This document shows, in pieces, positions 37,115 to 48,147 of a stretch of 64,000 nucleotides of DNA (positions are counted from its first letter, which is position 1; every line of letters begins with the position of its first letter). Location of the stretch: the IMG/VR virus record IMGVR_UViG_3300032286_001377, positions 32,001 to 96,000 of that record; one strand, given 5' to 3'. A program made the position numbers and the translations under genes. The stretch comes from a virus. The notes beneath the pieces were generated by a model, which saw only the letters and a program-made list of their open reading frames with translations, searched no databases and was not told the origin of the DNA.

Positions 37115-40100
37115 TTAATTAGATACTGATGTCGGCATTGGTAGAGAATCATTGGCATCAATAACGGAAGATGACTCTTTTTGTAAATCTTTCACAAAGA
37201 CTTTTGCTAAGTTGTTGACAACTAACTCCCAATTTAAAGTAACGGGATGTCCATCAGGGAAATATTCATCCCAACTTACCCTAGGCCATTCGGATGCTTT
37301 GTCATATATTTCTTCTAGTACTTTAAAATAAACAAATCTAGAATAAAGTTTCCTTTGATCATCTGTAAGTAAATATAGACTATCCGCATCATTTTGAATA
37401 TTAAAATATTCGTCATTAATTATTGACTCTACGCTTTCAAAAATTGAATCAAACTTTGTGAAGAAAGCTGATTTGTCATAGATGTCATTTTTTAGCTTGT
37501 CTTTAATTGATTCAAGAGCTGTCAAATTAGATCTAAACAAATTAGCAACGTACGACAAAATATTGTCAATTTTTTCTTGAGGCAAATAATAAAATATGGT
37601 TGCCATAACACGTGATCCAGTTACATCGCCCTCATTTTCCCTGTCTCCACTACCAAAAATATCTAGCTGATAATTTTGAATTGTATTAAGTTGACTTCCG
37701 GCTTCGAAATCTTGTTCAAGTACAGCTTTTCCGCCAATTGCATTGGAGCCTTCAGTTCTAGTCTGATTTATTCTTAAAACAATTAATTTATTTTCTAAAG
37801 CTTTCTTTACGAAAACTTTTGCTTTACCACCAGGAGTAGAAATATCTAAGAAGCTCAAATTTGTTGGATTTGTACTACTAGGATAATCAACTGTACCTTG
37901 TATTGTATTTGTTTCTGCTGCGTTAATACCATCAAAGCGAACTCTAAAATTTACCCCAGATATAATATCCGTGACATCGATTGTGTCACCGTCTAAAACT
38001 GAGTTAACTTGACAGATAACTCTGAATTGCCATTCAAAACCAGCTTTTTCTGGACCAAGACCAGATAACTTAAGAACCTGCGCATGAACTAGTGCTGACT
38101 CATAACTAATGTGTCTGTAGATATCATTAATAGCTACCTCATTCCAACCAAGGCTCTTAAATAGATCGTCACTTCTAATAAATGAATTCCCTTCTGGAGT
38201 TCTAGCTTTTACTCTTGTTCCAAGAATTCCAGGGAGAAGCGCCTTACTATGATGCTGGCCTACCACCATTCCTTGATTATAGGACAATCCAGCGTCCATA
38301 GGCTGACCGTTCTTATTGAGATATTGTACATAACACCCATGTTGGTCAAGCACATTATCTCTCACCCATTTCCAACCCTTCCAAACAAGTTGACCAATTC
38401 CAGGAAGCACTTGAGCCATAATGGCAAAAGTTGGAACTCCACCACCCTCTTCTTGACCTGCAGCATTGAGAAGTGAGCTATTGACGCCTGGAGCAATCAT
38501 TGCTGTTTGATTTGCCATTATGTCTTTAACAAGGGCTGACGAACCATGGGTAAATTGGAATCCGCCAACAATTTGAGTAGTTAATATTTCACCTAATCTA
38601 TCAACAGAAATATTTCCGCCAAAAGATAAACCTGAATTAGCATTTCTAATATTGTCAATATAAATTCTGGCGTCATTTCTAACATTCTGAACGTGCATCC
38701 AAGACTGCATCCAGGATGTCATAAACCATCTTGCAGGATCATTAACAGTAACTAAAGCATTAGGTGTAATAGAGGTAATGAATCCAAGTTCAGGAGTGAA
38801 ATGATGAATGACTTGTTCTACTTCAAAAATCCCATACATTCTTTCATACACATCAGAAAGATACACTAAGTCGTGAGGCCTAATGTCACCATTCCCTATA
38901 ACTAATAGCTCTCCACCATAAATATCTTTAATTGATTCCTTAAGGTGCGATAATGCAACTCTTCTAGCACTCAGTTCATCTGGAGCACCTTGAATAGCTT
39001 TTGCTACACCTCTAAAGGTTTCCATCGGATGCATAAGTGGATGTAAAAACCCAGTAAAACCAGATCCAACTATATTATCAAAATAAAGACCAGTTTCTAC
39101 TGTTTTTTCAACCTGCCTTTCAGCAGGCGCGCCTTTATCTAAAGCTACTGTCACTGGATATTTTCCATCAGATACGGCTGTTATTTGTGTCGCCACATTA
39201 TTTAAATTTTCTTGAATCTGATTAGATAAAATATGAGAAAAAGAACTGATGTAATGAATTCTTTGAAATGGCTCTCTAATTTCAACTACTGGCTCACCGT
39301 ATTCGCGAGTGAAAGGATTATCTACAGCTCTTAGAAGTGTTCCTGGTCGACCAAGAGAATAATAAATAGAATCATTTAATGCTTTGTTTAAAATATTTGC
39401 TTGCTTTTTAAAGTTTCCAACTTCAGACAATGCATAACCCAACTGTTGCATCGTTGTTTTGAACATTGATATTAAACCAGAAAGTGCATCACCGACAGCA
39501 GAAACGATTGGACCAATGGTTCTTGATGCAAATTCGGAAACATCTGAAACTACTTCAGAAAAATAAGTATTAGAACTATTACCCTCCCCTCTAGTGCTGA
39601 CTAATAGTTGCAAAAACTTTGCTTTCTTACTTGGCTTTGCATAGTCTGAATTGGGATCAATATACGCTCTAAATACTTTATCTACAGGCTTAAAAGACCA
39701 TCCGTCATCAGCGCTAAACCAACCGGCTTTCTTATCTGGCTTCAAAACCAACCATGCTCGCGCATATGGGTCTTCCCACAGTCTCTGCCTAAATAATCCA
39801 ACCATTAAAAGGAATAACTGTTTTGGTGTTTTAATATTCTTTTTTAATATATCTGAAACATCAATAACCGCATTATCGTCTTTATTTGAAGCTTCTATAC
39901 TAAAATGTAAAACACTTAAAACACTTTCTCCAGCAAAAAAACTTTCATAAATTTTAGCTAAATTTTTAGAAAAAATATTATTAAAATAAGATAAGAGACC
40001 ACCTTCATCCAAGGGTGCGTCTATATAATTTTTTCTCATAAATTCAATGGCTTCTGAATAATCTTTACTAGGATTAGAAGAACTAGAGCCACCGCCACCA

Positions 40101-43100
40101 CCATAGTCTGAGCCAAATAATATCGCAAATTCATCTTGGGCGCTATTATTTCCTGCCCCAAAGTACTTAAATGGATCATTAACATCTTGACCAGATATCA
40201 TGTTACTAAATTCTGGTGGAAATTCTTCTTCTAAATCTGGATCTAATCCATAAACATCAAAAAATATTCTTTTAACACTTTCATAGTTATGATATTCAGC
40301 CCTGAAATAGTCCCATATATCTTGCGCTTCTCTATTTGTTCTACCATTACCGGCAATAACGCTAACGCTAGTGTCAAAATTTTCGTCAAAATAACTTCTT
40401 GCCTGAATACTAACAATATCTGAAGGATCATAAACGGCAGAGAAGGACGTTCTTACATCCTCTGCTTCTCTCCTCTTTTTAAGCTCTTCTGATGTCAGAG
40501 ATGCAGTATCTTTATCTATTGCTAGTTGAAAATAACTTTTACCATCTTTAACATTTAAAGCATTTCCGCCAAACGCAAGAGCATCTATCGCAGATTGAAA
40601 TTCTGAATTATAGGGAGCATACCAATCAAAAACACTATTTGATTTACCTATTGCATTAACTACATCTATTGCTTCGCTGCCTATTTCTCTAGCAATATAA
40701 TCTTGTCCCTCATTGATTTTAAAATTTCCAAACCCAACTATATACATACTTTCACTTTCCGCTACAGTATCCAACTGATCTTCAGTAGCGGCATTTTGTA
40801 ATTTAAACTTATTAATAGGAAGAACTGTAGTGCTTATGACTCCGACTGGAATATCATCTGGAACAAATGAGAACATACATTCTTGAGGTATAGGTGCAGT
40901 CCTATATCCTGAATCTAGCTCTGCAAAAAATTTAATTCTATTAAAACCATTGACATTAAATGTCGCCTCATCTGCTTGTAACATTGGGAAATTCAATGCA
41001 TCAAGTGTAGAATCACTTTTCTCTAAAAGTCTTTTTGCTTCAGCAGAGGTATAAGTTATAACACTTAAATAGAACGCTGCATCGGGGGAGACTAAAGCCG
41101 ATAATTCATTGCCATCAATGTAGTTTGCATCAGAATTAGGAATAACGGCTTGAATATCTGAAGTGAGATTTTCTTTACCCCACATGAAATATGCTGGCTT
41201 GCAAACAACAGCTCTACCATTGTTAGGGTTATAGACAAGAACTTTACGTTTTTTATAATCTTCTGCAGTACCGTATAGATTAGTGAATCCATATTCTGAT
41301 TTAAATTTACTTAGTGTGGCATCGTCTGCTTCGCCAGAAGGATTGTATGGCCATTTCATAGCAATGTAGAATTGTTCATCTTCAGGAGTTTCTGGAGCGC
41401 CCCACTCTCGATATGTTAGCTCTCCATAATTGTCTTTTTGATATTCAAAACTAAATGAATCTGGATCATCATTAATCTGTTGAATAGATATATTACCACT
41501 TAAACCACCTTCAGACGTAAGACCTATCTGTGGTAGTGGCATAATAATTTTTTGATCCTCAATTTGAATAATGCCCTCTATCTGATCATAGAGCGGAGAA
41601 AAATCCAATGGTGAATCAAAGTTCACAGTACCCTCTATATCCCCTCCGACAGAGGGCATCAGTGAGAACTTAGTTTTTGCATAGAAGTCTAACTCTAAAT
41701 TAATAACATCATCTAAACCATGATAAGTATTAGCGTTAACCCCCTCTTGCAACACTACCCACCCCTGCCTCATTTTAACTGTGCTGGAGTTCTCTAATTT
41801 ATATTTTTCAGTTACCGTAAAAAATGGAAAACCATACCTTGGTGGCAAATTGCCTATCTGCTTGTGTAAAGTCTTTTGACTTTCCATAGTAGATTCTGTA
41901 AAGAAGGCCTCACTATTTGAAGCTTTCATGTCCCTAGTTATAATTGGAAGGTGAGGGCCAATGCCAACCATACCTTTGCTAACTGGAAGTCTTGCAGATA
42001 TTTTTGCTCCAGATTCTAAATCAAAATATTGATAAGCCTGTGGAGAATAAAAGTTAATTAATCTACCAGTAAAAAATTTAGTAGGAGAATAAATACCAGT
42101 AGATTCTGTTATCGCTTTTGAAACAGTTTGAAATGATTCATTAGGTTCAAATGACTGAAAGAACTTCGCGTAATCTGCCAAAGGATTACTATCCTTATTT
42201 ATTGTTTCTAAAATAGTATTTAGAACTTCATCTGGCCCTAGAGGTCTTGGCCCTGAAGAGGTTCCATCTTCTCTAGCTTTTTTCTCTCCAGAAAAACCAG
42301 TAGTCACTGGAACTACACCTGAAGTGTAAAGCCAATGTGGTTTACCATAGAATACGGTAGACCTATCCTCAAATGGGCGTACCGCAACAATATAATTAGG
42401 AAGTAATCTTGCACAAATTTGGAACATATCCCAAACAGTTCTCATATATGTTTGTGCCCTAAATGATACCTCGTCAAATCCTGGAAGATCATCATCAGCA
42501 TTAGGTGCAAGTATGCCCATTGTTTTAAAAATACTAGTTCCACCACGACCGCTCAACACTCCAAGTAGGCCAAGACCAGCAAGTGCGCCAGCAGCTGGGC
42601 CAGCTAAAGCTGCAGTTATGCCAGTCATACCAATACCTATCGCACCCTGAACAAGGCCCGACCTGCCCTGAGCTTGAATTAGCTTATTGGATGCTGTTAA
42701 GTTTTCAATTGTTTCTTTGGCTGAAGAATCATTTTGCTGATACTTTTCCATCAACTTATTATAGGTTATATCGGTTAACCTACCGAGATATCCTTCAGTT
42801 CTATCATTATATGATTCTTCGGGAACTAAAGATGATGCCGTAGACCAGCCATCATCAATATCCCCTCCCATGAACTGTGCAATTCCGAGACCGTTTCCAG
42901 CATAGATGTTTCTCTTAAATATCTCAAGATCTGTTTGAGCGCTGAAGTTAGCCCACAATTGTCCAATAAGAGGAACAATGCCACCTCTTAAATTTGAAGA
43001 AAATCCCTCTGGTACAGACTGGCCACCACCAATATAGGTGAATGCTGCGCCAACTTTTTCTCTAATCCCGGCATTTTTGGCTGCTTCATCAGGATTTAAT

Positions 43101-46100
43101 GGCTCATAAAGAACATTTCCAAAGTGTTTAATGCCAAACTTGTTTTCAGAAAAAATAGTTCCCCTAGTTGCATGAGCGAAAGCTTCTCTAGTTCTAGACG
43201 AACCCATAGACAGCAGTCTAACCATTAGATCTCTTGGCTCAGACATATACATTCCAGTGTCTACGCCACCATCTATTTTTCCACTATCGCCTTTTTGCTT
43301 AGTTGAGTTAATCACGGCACCAAGTTCAATCGCATCAGATTGAGCTGTAACTGTAACTATTTCTCCCTGCTCAACATTTGTAATAACACCATTAAATAAT
43401 GTCTGCAGGGAGTTAGGATTAGCTCCGTATCCACCCCTTAAGTGAACTCGTACTCCAGGCTTTAGTCTAATGTTAGCTATATCAACAATGTACTCATTTC
43501 TTAATCCAGATAAAACATTTCTGGACATATTAATAGCTCGCTCTACGATACCTTGAAGCCCCTCAGATAAACTTAGTGAGTCAGTATTCATAGAATCGCC
43601 ATCTGTAGAAAATATCGATGATGATTCTTTTTTTGTTAATTTAGAATAAAGATTAGAAAGTCTAAATATTAAAGTGTCACCCAAAAGGTCTTCAGAAGAT
43701 ACTACAGAAAAATCTATAATAGATTGTAATCCATAGAAATTATCAAACATTTTAACGCCAGCAAAATATCCACCCTCATCAATAAGCCACAACATATAAG
43801 TAGGGAAAGCTCTAATCATTCTTCCAGATATATCCCTATATCTAGTATCTACTAACATTGTCTCCCAATGAGTATATGCATTCTTGTTATGCGGTTTCTG
43901 ATATCCTGACAAAGGAGTCACTCCACCAACTCCGGTAGTAGACTGTGTTGTGCCTTTATCTGGGGTTTGGGTATCTTCAATAAGATTAGCTTTAAGCTTA
44001 TAACTAGATGTATTTGACCCACTGGTTACATTATCTCCAGCCAATGTTAAATAGAATCTTCCAGTAGTCTTATCAATATATCCAAAATGAGTACCCAATG
44101 CTGTATGCATAATGGCGGGCATTCTGTTCGGTGATTCATTATTGGGATCAGAAGAAGGAATGATAAATATCTGCTTATGGAAATCTACCTCATCAGGATG
44201 AAAACTCACCTCATCCTCAACAGCAACCACTTGTTCGTTGCTATCATATATTTGCTGATTATACTTACCTTCTAATGCGGCCTCTATTGAAGATAGCATC
44301 GCATAGTCATTAGGAGACACGTTTCCTACTTGATATGACGCAGGATTGACTTCCAGCATAAAAAAGGGATCATCCTCACCATTAGCTGGGTCTAAAGATA
44401 TAAAATCAGTTAAAAGTTTTAGTTCAGTATCTTTATTGGCTTTACTTTCTTCTCTATTTATAATTTTATAAAAAATTCTAACAAAATCTTTTTTAGATAT
44501 ATTTTCAACTTTAAGATAATCAACCATCTGATCCAATAAATCAGCATTACTTCGAAGTGTGGCGGAATCGTTCGGATCTATATTATAAAGTCTTATAAAA
44601 TCTAAAATTTTATTTGAGATTTGGCTTTCTTTTGCAGCCCTAGCAGGGCCGTCCATTCCATCCATTCCAGTCAAACTTGGATCTTCAAAATAATAATCTT
44701 GAATTTTTGGAGTCTGATCAGTAATGTTATTGATAACATCATTGTCAAACATTTCAAAACTTCTAAAGTAGAAATCTGGATCTAGACATCCTACAGTTTC
44801 ACCTACGTCATTTTTAATAAAAAGTGGAAAATCCGGATAAGCATTAAACGATCCCCAGAGCTGCTTTATTCTTAAGAATGGATTCTTCTTAGTTCCAAAT
44901 TCTTCAACCAATTGCGCCTGTTGTCTGCTACTTAATTCTTCTCTCTTTTGTTGGAAGATATCAAAATCTATCAAAGTAAGCTCAACATCATATATATGAG
45001 GAAAATTAGGCTTAGTGCTTACATTATAAGTGAGCGGCATTACATACTTAATACCAGCTAAAGCTGTTATAATATTTTTAATCCCTAGAAATCCAATAAC
45101 ACCGGAGGCGTGTTCTAATCTAGCTAAGCCAGAGATGTGATCAAAAAGACTTCTAAATTTGATTAACTCTTTTTCGCCAACAACAGTCATTGATATATTT
45201 ATAAAGCTATCTTTACCGCCAATATGCTGATAGGTTGGCTCATCTTGCATCTGGACTTGTAGCTTAACAAGATTATTTGCCAAAGAAACAGTAACACCAT
45301 TAATAATTACTGCCTCTGGATCAAGATCCATTCTCACCATTGGAACTTCCCACTCATTAAATTGGAAAGCCCCTGTTCGTGCTCTTGCAGCTTCCATTAG
45401 CGATTGAATTGGTCCACTCTGGAAGAATCTCTGATATATAGCTACATTAAATGCGCGTGAAACTTCACCTTTGACCGTATCTCTATCTGGATATTTGCCA
45501 TTTCTATAATATTGATCATTATATTGCTTATCTACTAGATAATTTAGATACTCCTGAGGATTATTGGAAATAGCTTGGAAACCTCTTTTAATTGAATTTA
45601 AAGAAGTACTATCAATAAACTTTCCTTGAAAGCGATATAATTTTGTTTGCGGATACTGAGTTGTATCCGAATTTTTATTCTTTAACCACTCTTTTTCTTC
45701 ATCAGTTAAAGTATTCTCTCCAATAAAATTAGCAATCAAGAAATCGTAAGACTTATCTTCCATTGATTGAGAGTTAGATCCGGCGGTAATCATGTTTATT
45801 TCATCTAATATAATCTTATTAATAGATTTTGAATAAGAATTATTCAATGAAATATCAATAGTTTCCGCCAATGAAATACCATAAGAAGCTGTTTGATTAA
45901 TATCAATACCGATAGAATTCAGCAACCCCTCCCATGCAGACTGTCCAAGATCGGTAAACATCTTTTCTTGCTCAGTTCTAAATGAAGAGGTACTAGGAAG
46001 AAATAGTTTAGTCTGAGATTCGGCGGGTGCAAATAAAGTTAGGTGATTGCCATCTTTCCATTGATCAATAATATTTGTGGTAAGTGTTCCAGAAATTACA

Positions 46101-48139
46101 TCATCTGAAGCATTAGTTGTTGGAGCAGGTGGCGGCGGAGGAATATAGGCAGTATCTCCAGGACCAAGCGCTCCCACAGGGCGATACTCAAAACCATTAT
46201 AAACAACCTGATTAGAACTTAAATTGGCATCTTCGATAGTAGTTTGACCAGTTTGATCAATCTCCTTTACATCAGAAGTTTTTAATAAAAATTCTTCATT
46301 AACATATTGATTAAGCTGACCAGCTGCCTTACCCATATATTGTCTATATTTACCCCAATGTATAGCCTGATTAAAATCAGATATCATCGGTAGAAATGGT
46401 TTGTGATTATAGTTAAGCAATTCTAGATCTACTGAAAGTGCAAAAGGGAAATTTGGTATAGTTGAAATAGTCATATTGGCTAAACCGACTGCTGTAATAC
46501 CATGCACCGAGTTAAGATAATGGCTCTTTACCGGAAGAATTGGCGAATATTTAAAGGCTGCAATGAGACCTCTTAAAGATGATAAAAATTTATCAACTTT
46601 TTCTTCTGAATCGCCATTCATTTTAAAATCAATTTTGAATTCTTCATTTAATTTCAACGTAGCTGCATTATCTATTGATATTCCCCAAATCTCTTCGTAG
46701 TTAGGGAAAAATAATCTCATTCTAATTGTAGTTTCACGATATCCAGAATTAAACTTTGGACTATTCTTTTGACGAATAGCTCCAGGCATCATCGATCCAG
46801 CTTTAAAAGATGAGTTTACATCTATGGATACTGGAGGAACATAGAAATTAGCGGCTCCTAATCTTAGATGAAATATATCCGGATTTTCTGGAGAAATATT
46901 TGGTCTAAAAGGAGACTTTCTAAGAACTTCTTCTATTCTTTTTGATGTCTGCATACCTCTAAAAGCCAAGGTAAAAGAAGCTTTTCCATCGGCACCAACG
47001 CCGAATGCCCTTTCTAAAGAATCAAGAAAAGCTTCCTCATTATTAACTATATCCTCCTGTCCACCACCTTTTCCATAATTTGAATAATCTCCAACTAAAG
47101 CTAGCGCATCAAAAATAAAAGTAACTAAACTTGGAAAATAATAATTTAGATTGGCAAAGAAGATAGAATCTCTTTTTAAAAAAGTTATAATTTCATTAAG
47201 CAGTAAAAGCCATGGTGTGTCAGCAGTTTCTGAAATTGAATCAGCTGCAGATTTTTTTATAGTAGCAAGATTTGCTGTTCGCCTTTTTCCATAACTAGCA
47301 ATATCTGCTGCATACCCGGCGAGCGTTAATATTCCTATTTCTTCCATTTTCTGAAAAAGAGAATTTGTAGAAGCATTGCTTAATCCACCCGCTTCGGCAG
47401 GATTGATTACTGCTGCATTAACTTTTTGAAATACTCTGAAAAAAGAATTAGTCTGAGCTGCTGTGGGATCTCCATTAGGGAATGCTGTTGCATAAATATC
47501 ATAAAAGTAACTTCTATCTACTGAATCATATTTAGAACCAAATGATTTTGCATAGAAGGCGAGAACATTTGCTTCACCGACAATACTAGGAGTAAGATCA
47601 ACCGAACTAGTTACTGGATTCTCAGATTGAGCAACTACTTCTTGAGTAATAAGTTCATCTATATTGAATTCAACGAATTTACTACCGAGATAGTAGTCTC
47701 TCCAAATTTTCAACCGCAAAGATGCTCTAACGCCATACACTCCAATTGATGCACTATCGGTGAAGATATAGCGATTGTTATAAAAGTCAGACCTTACTTC
47801 AGCTAAGGTAGATGGAGTAATGTTTCTATTATAAGAAGTCTTTACTTTTGAAATATAAGCAGAAATTATAGCTGGAGATATAATTGGATCACTAACAAAT
47901 ACTGATAAGCAGGCGTTAATAGCATCTACTGCGAACGCATCATTTTCATCGAGCTGAATAACCTCACTCCCGGTAAACCCATAAAGATCGGGGATATCAG
48001 AGGTACCATTAATGAATGATAAAAGATCAGATTCCTTATATGGAACATCCAGCATATAGAGCGCGAATACTTTATTATACAGAATATCCGCGCTGACAAA
48101 GTTAACTAGGAAACCTTTTGTAGTGTTATTTATCGACAT
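37115..48139 (-). CDS. Giant baseplate hub-like protein with C-terminal thermonuclease (SNase) domain
   Basis: 3674 aa; hub motifs LKPGVRVHLRGGYG...LFNGVITNV and GELLVIGNGDIRPHDLVYL...GIFEVEQVIHHF...GFITSI; SNase motifs VLDGDT, VRFDGINAAE, LNWELVVNNLAKV. Confidence 0.7.
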   Translation of the reverse strand: MSINNTTKGFLVNFVSADILYNKVFALYMLDVPYKESDLLSFINGTSDIPDLYGFTGSEVIQLDENDAFAVDAINACLSVFVSDPIISPAIISAYISKVKTSYNRNITPSTLAEVRSDFYNNRYIFTDSASIGVYGVRASLRLKIWRDYYLGSKFVEFNIDELITQEVVAQSENPVTSSVDLTPSIVGEANVLAFYAKSFGSKYDSVDRSYFYDIYATAFPNGDPTAAQTNSFFRVFQKVNAAVINPAEAGGLSNASTNSLFQKMEEIGILTLAGYAADIASYGKRRTANLATIKKSAADSISETADTPWLLLLNEIITFLKRDSIFFANLNYYFPSLVTFIFDALALVGDYSNYGKGGGQEDIVNNEEAFLDSLERAFGVGADGKASFTLAFRGMQTSKRIEEVLRKSPFRPNISPENPDIFHLRLGAANFYVPPVSIDVNSSFKAGSMMPGAIRQKNSPKFNSGYRETTIRMRLFFPNYEEIWGISIDNAATLKLNEEFKIDFKMNGDSEEKVDKFLSSLRGLIAAFKYSPILPVKSHYLNSVHGITAVGLANMTISTIPNFPFALSVDLELLNYNHKPFLPMISDFNQAIHWGKYRQYMGKAAGQLNQYVNEEFLLKTSDVKEIDQTGQTTIEDANLSSNQVVYNGFEYRPVGALGPGDTAYIPPPPPAPTTNASDDVISGTLTTNIIDQWKDGNHLTLFAPAESQTKLFLPSTSSFRTEQEKMFTDLGQSAWEGLLNSIGIDINQTASYGISLAETIDISLNNSYSKSINKIILDEINMITAGSNSQSMEDKSYDFLIANFIGENTLTDEEKEWLKNKNSDTTQYPQTKLYRFQGKFIDSTSLNSIKRGFQAISNNPQEYLNYLVDKQYNDQYYRNGKYPDRDTVKGEVSRAFNVAIYQRFFQSGPIQSLMEAARARTGAFQFNEWEVPMVRMDLDPEAVIINGVTVSLANNLVKLQVQMQDEPTYQHIGGKDSFINISMTVVGEKELIKFRSLFDHISGLARLEHASGVIGFLGIKNIITALAGIKYVMPLTYNVSTKPNFPHIYDVELTLIDFDIFQQKREELSSRQQAQLVEEFGTKKNPFLRIKQLWGSFNAYPDFPLFIKNDVGETVGCLDPDFYFRSFEMFDNDVINNITDQTPKIQDYYFEDPSLTGMDGMDGPARAAKESQISNKILDFIRLYNIDPNDSATLRSNADLLDQMVDYLKVENISKKDFVRIFYKIINREESKANKDTELKLLTDFISLDPANGEDDPFFMLEVNPASYQVGNVSPNDYAMLSSIEAALEGKYNQQIYDSNEQVVAVEDEVSFHPDEVDFHKQIFIIPSSDPNNESPNRMPAIMHTALGTHFGYIDKTTGRFYLTLAGDNVTSGSNTSSYKLKANLIEDTQTPDKGTTQSTTGVGGVTPLSGYQKPHNKNAYTHWETMLVDTRYRDISGRMIRAFPTYMLWLIDEGGYFAGVKMFDNFYGLQSIIDFSVVSSEDLLGDTLIFRLSNLYSKLTKKESSSIFSTDGDSMNTDSLSLSEGLQGIVERAINMSRNVLSGLRNEYIVDIANIRLKPGVRVHLRGGYGANPNSLQTLFNGVITNVEQGEIVTVTAQSDAIELGAVINSTKQKGDSGKIDGGVDTGMYMSEPRDLMVRLLSMGSSRTREAFAHATRGTIFSENKFGIKHFGNVLYEPLNPDEAAKNAGIREKVGAAFTYIGGGQSVPEGFSSNLRGGIVPLIGQLWANFSAQTDLEIFKRNIYAGNGLGIAQFMGGDIDDGWSTASSLVPEESYNDRTEGYLGRLTDITYNKLMEKYQQNDSSAKETIENLTASNKLIQAQGRSGLVQGAIGIGMTGITAALAGPAAGALAGLGLLGVLSGRGGTSIFKTMGILAPNADDDLPGFDEVSFRAQTYMRTVWDMFQICARLLPNYIVAVRPFEDRSTVFYGKPHWLYTSGVVPVTTGFSGEKKAREDGTSSGPRPLGPDEVLNTILETINKDSNPLADYAKFFQSFEPNESFQTVSKAITESTGIYSPTKFFTGRLINFYSPQAYQYFDLESGAKISARLPVSKGMVGIGPHLPIITRDMKASNSEAFFTESTMESQKTLHKQIGNLPPRYGFPFFTVTEKYKLENSSTVKMRQGWVVLQEGVNANTYHGLDDVINLELDFYAKTKFSLMPSVGGDIEGTVNFDSPLDFSPLYDQIEGIIQIEDQKIIMPLPQIGLTSEGGLSGNISIQQINDDPDSFSFEYQKDNYGELTYREWGAPETPEDEQFYIAMKWPYNPSGEADDATLSKFKSEYGFTNLYGTAEDYKKRKVLVYNPNNGRAVVCKPAYFMWGKENLTSDIQAVIPNSDANYIDGNELSALVSPDAAFYLSVITYTSAEAKRLLEKSDSTLDALNFPMLQADEATFNVNGFNRIKFFAELDSGYRTAPIPQECMFSFVPDDIPVGVISTTVLPINKFKLQNAATEDQLDTVAESESMYIVGFGNFKINEGQDYIAREIGSEAIDVVNAIGKSNSVFDWYAPYNSEFQSAIDALAFGGNALNVKDGKSYFQLAIDKDTASLTSEELKKRREAEDVRTSFSAVYDPSDIVSIQARSYFDENFDTSVSVIAGNGRTNREAQDIWDYFRAEYHNYESVKRIFFDVYGLDPDLEEEFPPEFSNMISGQDVNDPFKYFGAGNNSAQDEFAILFGSDYGGGGGSSSSNPSKDYSEAIEFMRKNYIDAPLDEGGLLSYFNNIFSKNLAKIYESFFAGESVLSVLHFSIEASNKDDNAVIDVSDILKKNIKTPKQLFLLMVGLFRQRLWEDPYARAWLVLKPDKKAGWFSADDGWSFKPVDKVFRAYIDPNSDYAKPSKKAKFLQLLVSTRGEGNSSNTYFSEVVSDVSEFASRTIGPIVSAVGDALSGLISMFKTTMQQLGYALSEVGNFKKQANILNKALNDSIYYSLGRPGTLLRAVDNPFTREYGEPVVEIREPFQRIHYISSFSHILSNQIQENLNNVATQITAVSDGKYPVTVALDKGAPAERQVEKTVETGLYFDNIVGSGFTGFLHPLMHPMETFRGVAKAIQGAPDELSARRVALSHLKESIKDIYGGELLVIGNGDIRPHDLVYLSDVYERMYGIFEVEQVIHHFTPELGFITSITPNALVTVNDPARWFMTSWMQSWMHVQNVRNDARIYIDNIRNANSGLSFGGNISVDRLGEILTTQIVGGFQFTHGSSALVKDIMANQTAMIAPGVNSSLLNAAGQEEGGGVPTFAIMAQVLPGIGQLVWKGWKWVRDNVLDQHGCYVQYLNKNGQPMDAGLSYNQGMVVGQHHSKALLPGILGTRVKARTPEGNSFIRSDDLFKSLGWNEVAINDIYRHISYESALVHAQVLKLSGLGPEKAGFEWQFRVICQVNSVLDGDTIDVTDIISGVNFRVRFDGINAAETNTIQGTVDYPSSTNPTNLSFLDISTPGGKAKVFVKKALENKLIVLRINQTRTEGSNAIGGKAVLEQDFEAGSQLNTIQNYQLDIFGSGDRENEGDVTGSRVMATIFYYLPQEKIDNILSYVANLFRSNLTALESIKDKLKNDIYDKSAFFTKFDSIFESVESIINDEYFNIQNDADSLYLLTDDQRKLYSRFVYFKVLEEIYDKASEWPRVSWDEYFPDGHPVTLNWELVVNNLAKVFVKDLQKESSSVIDANDSLPMPTSVSN

Positions 48140-48147
48140 TAGTTACC

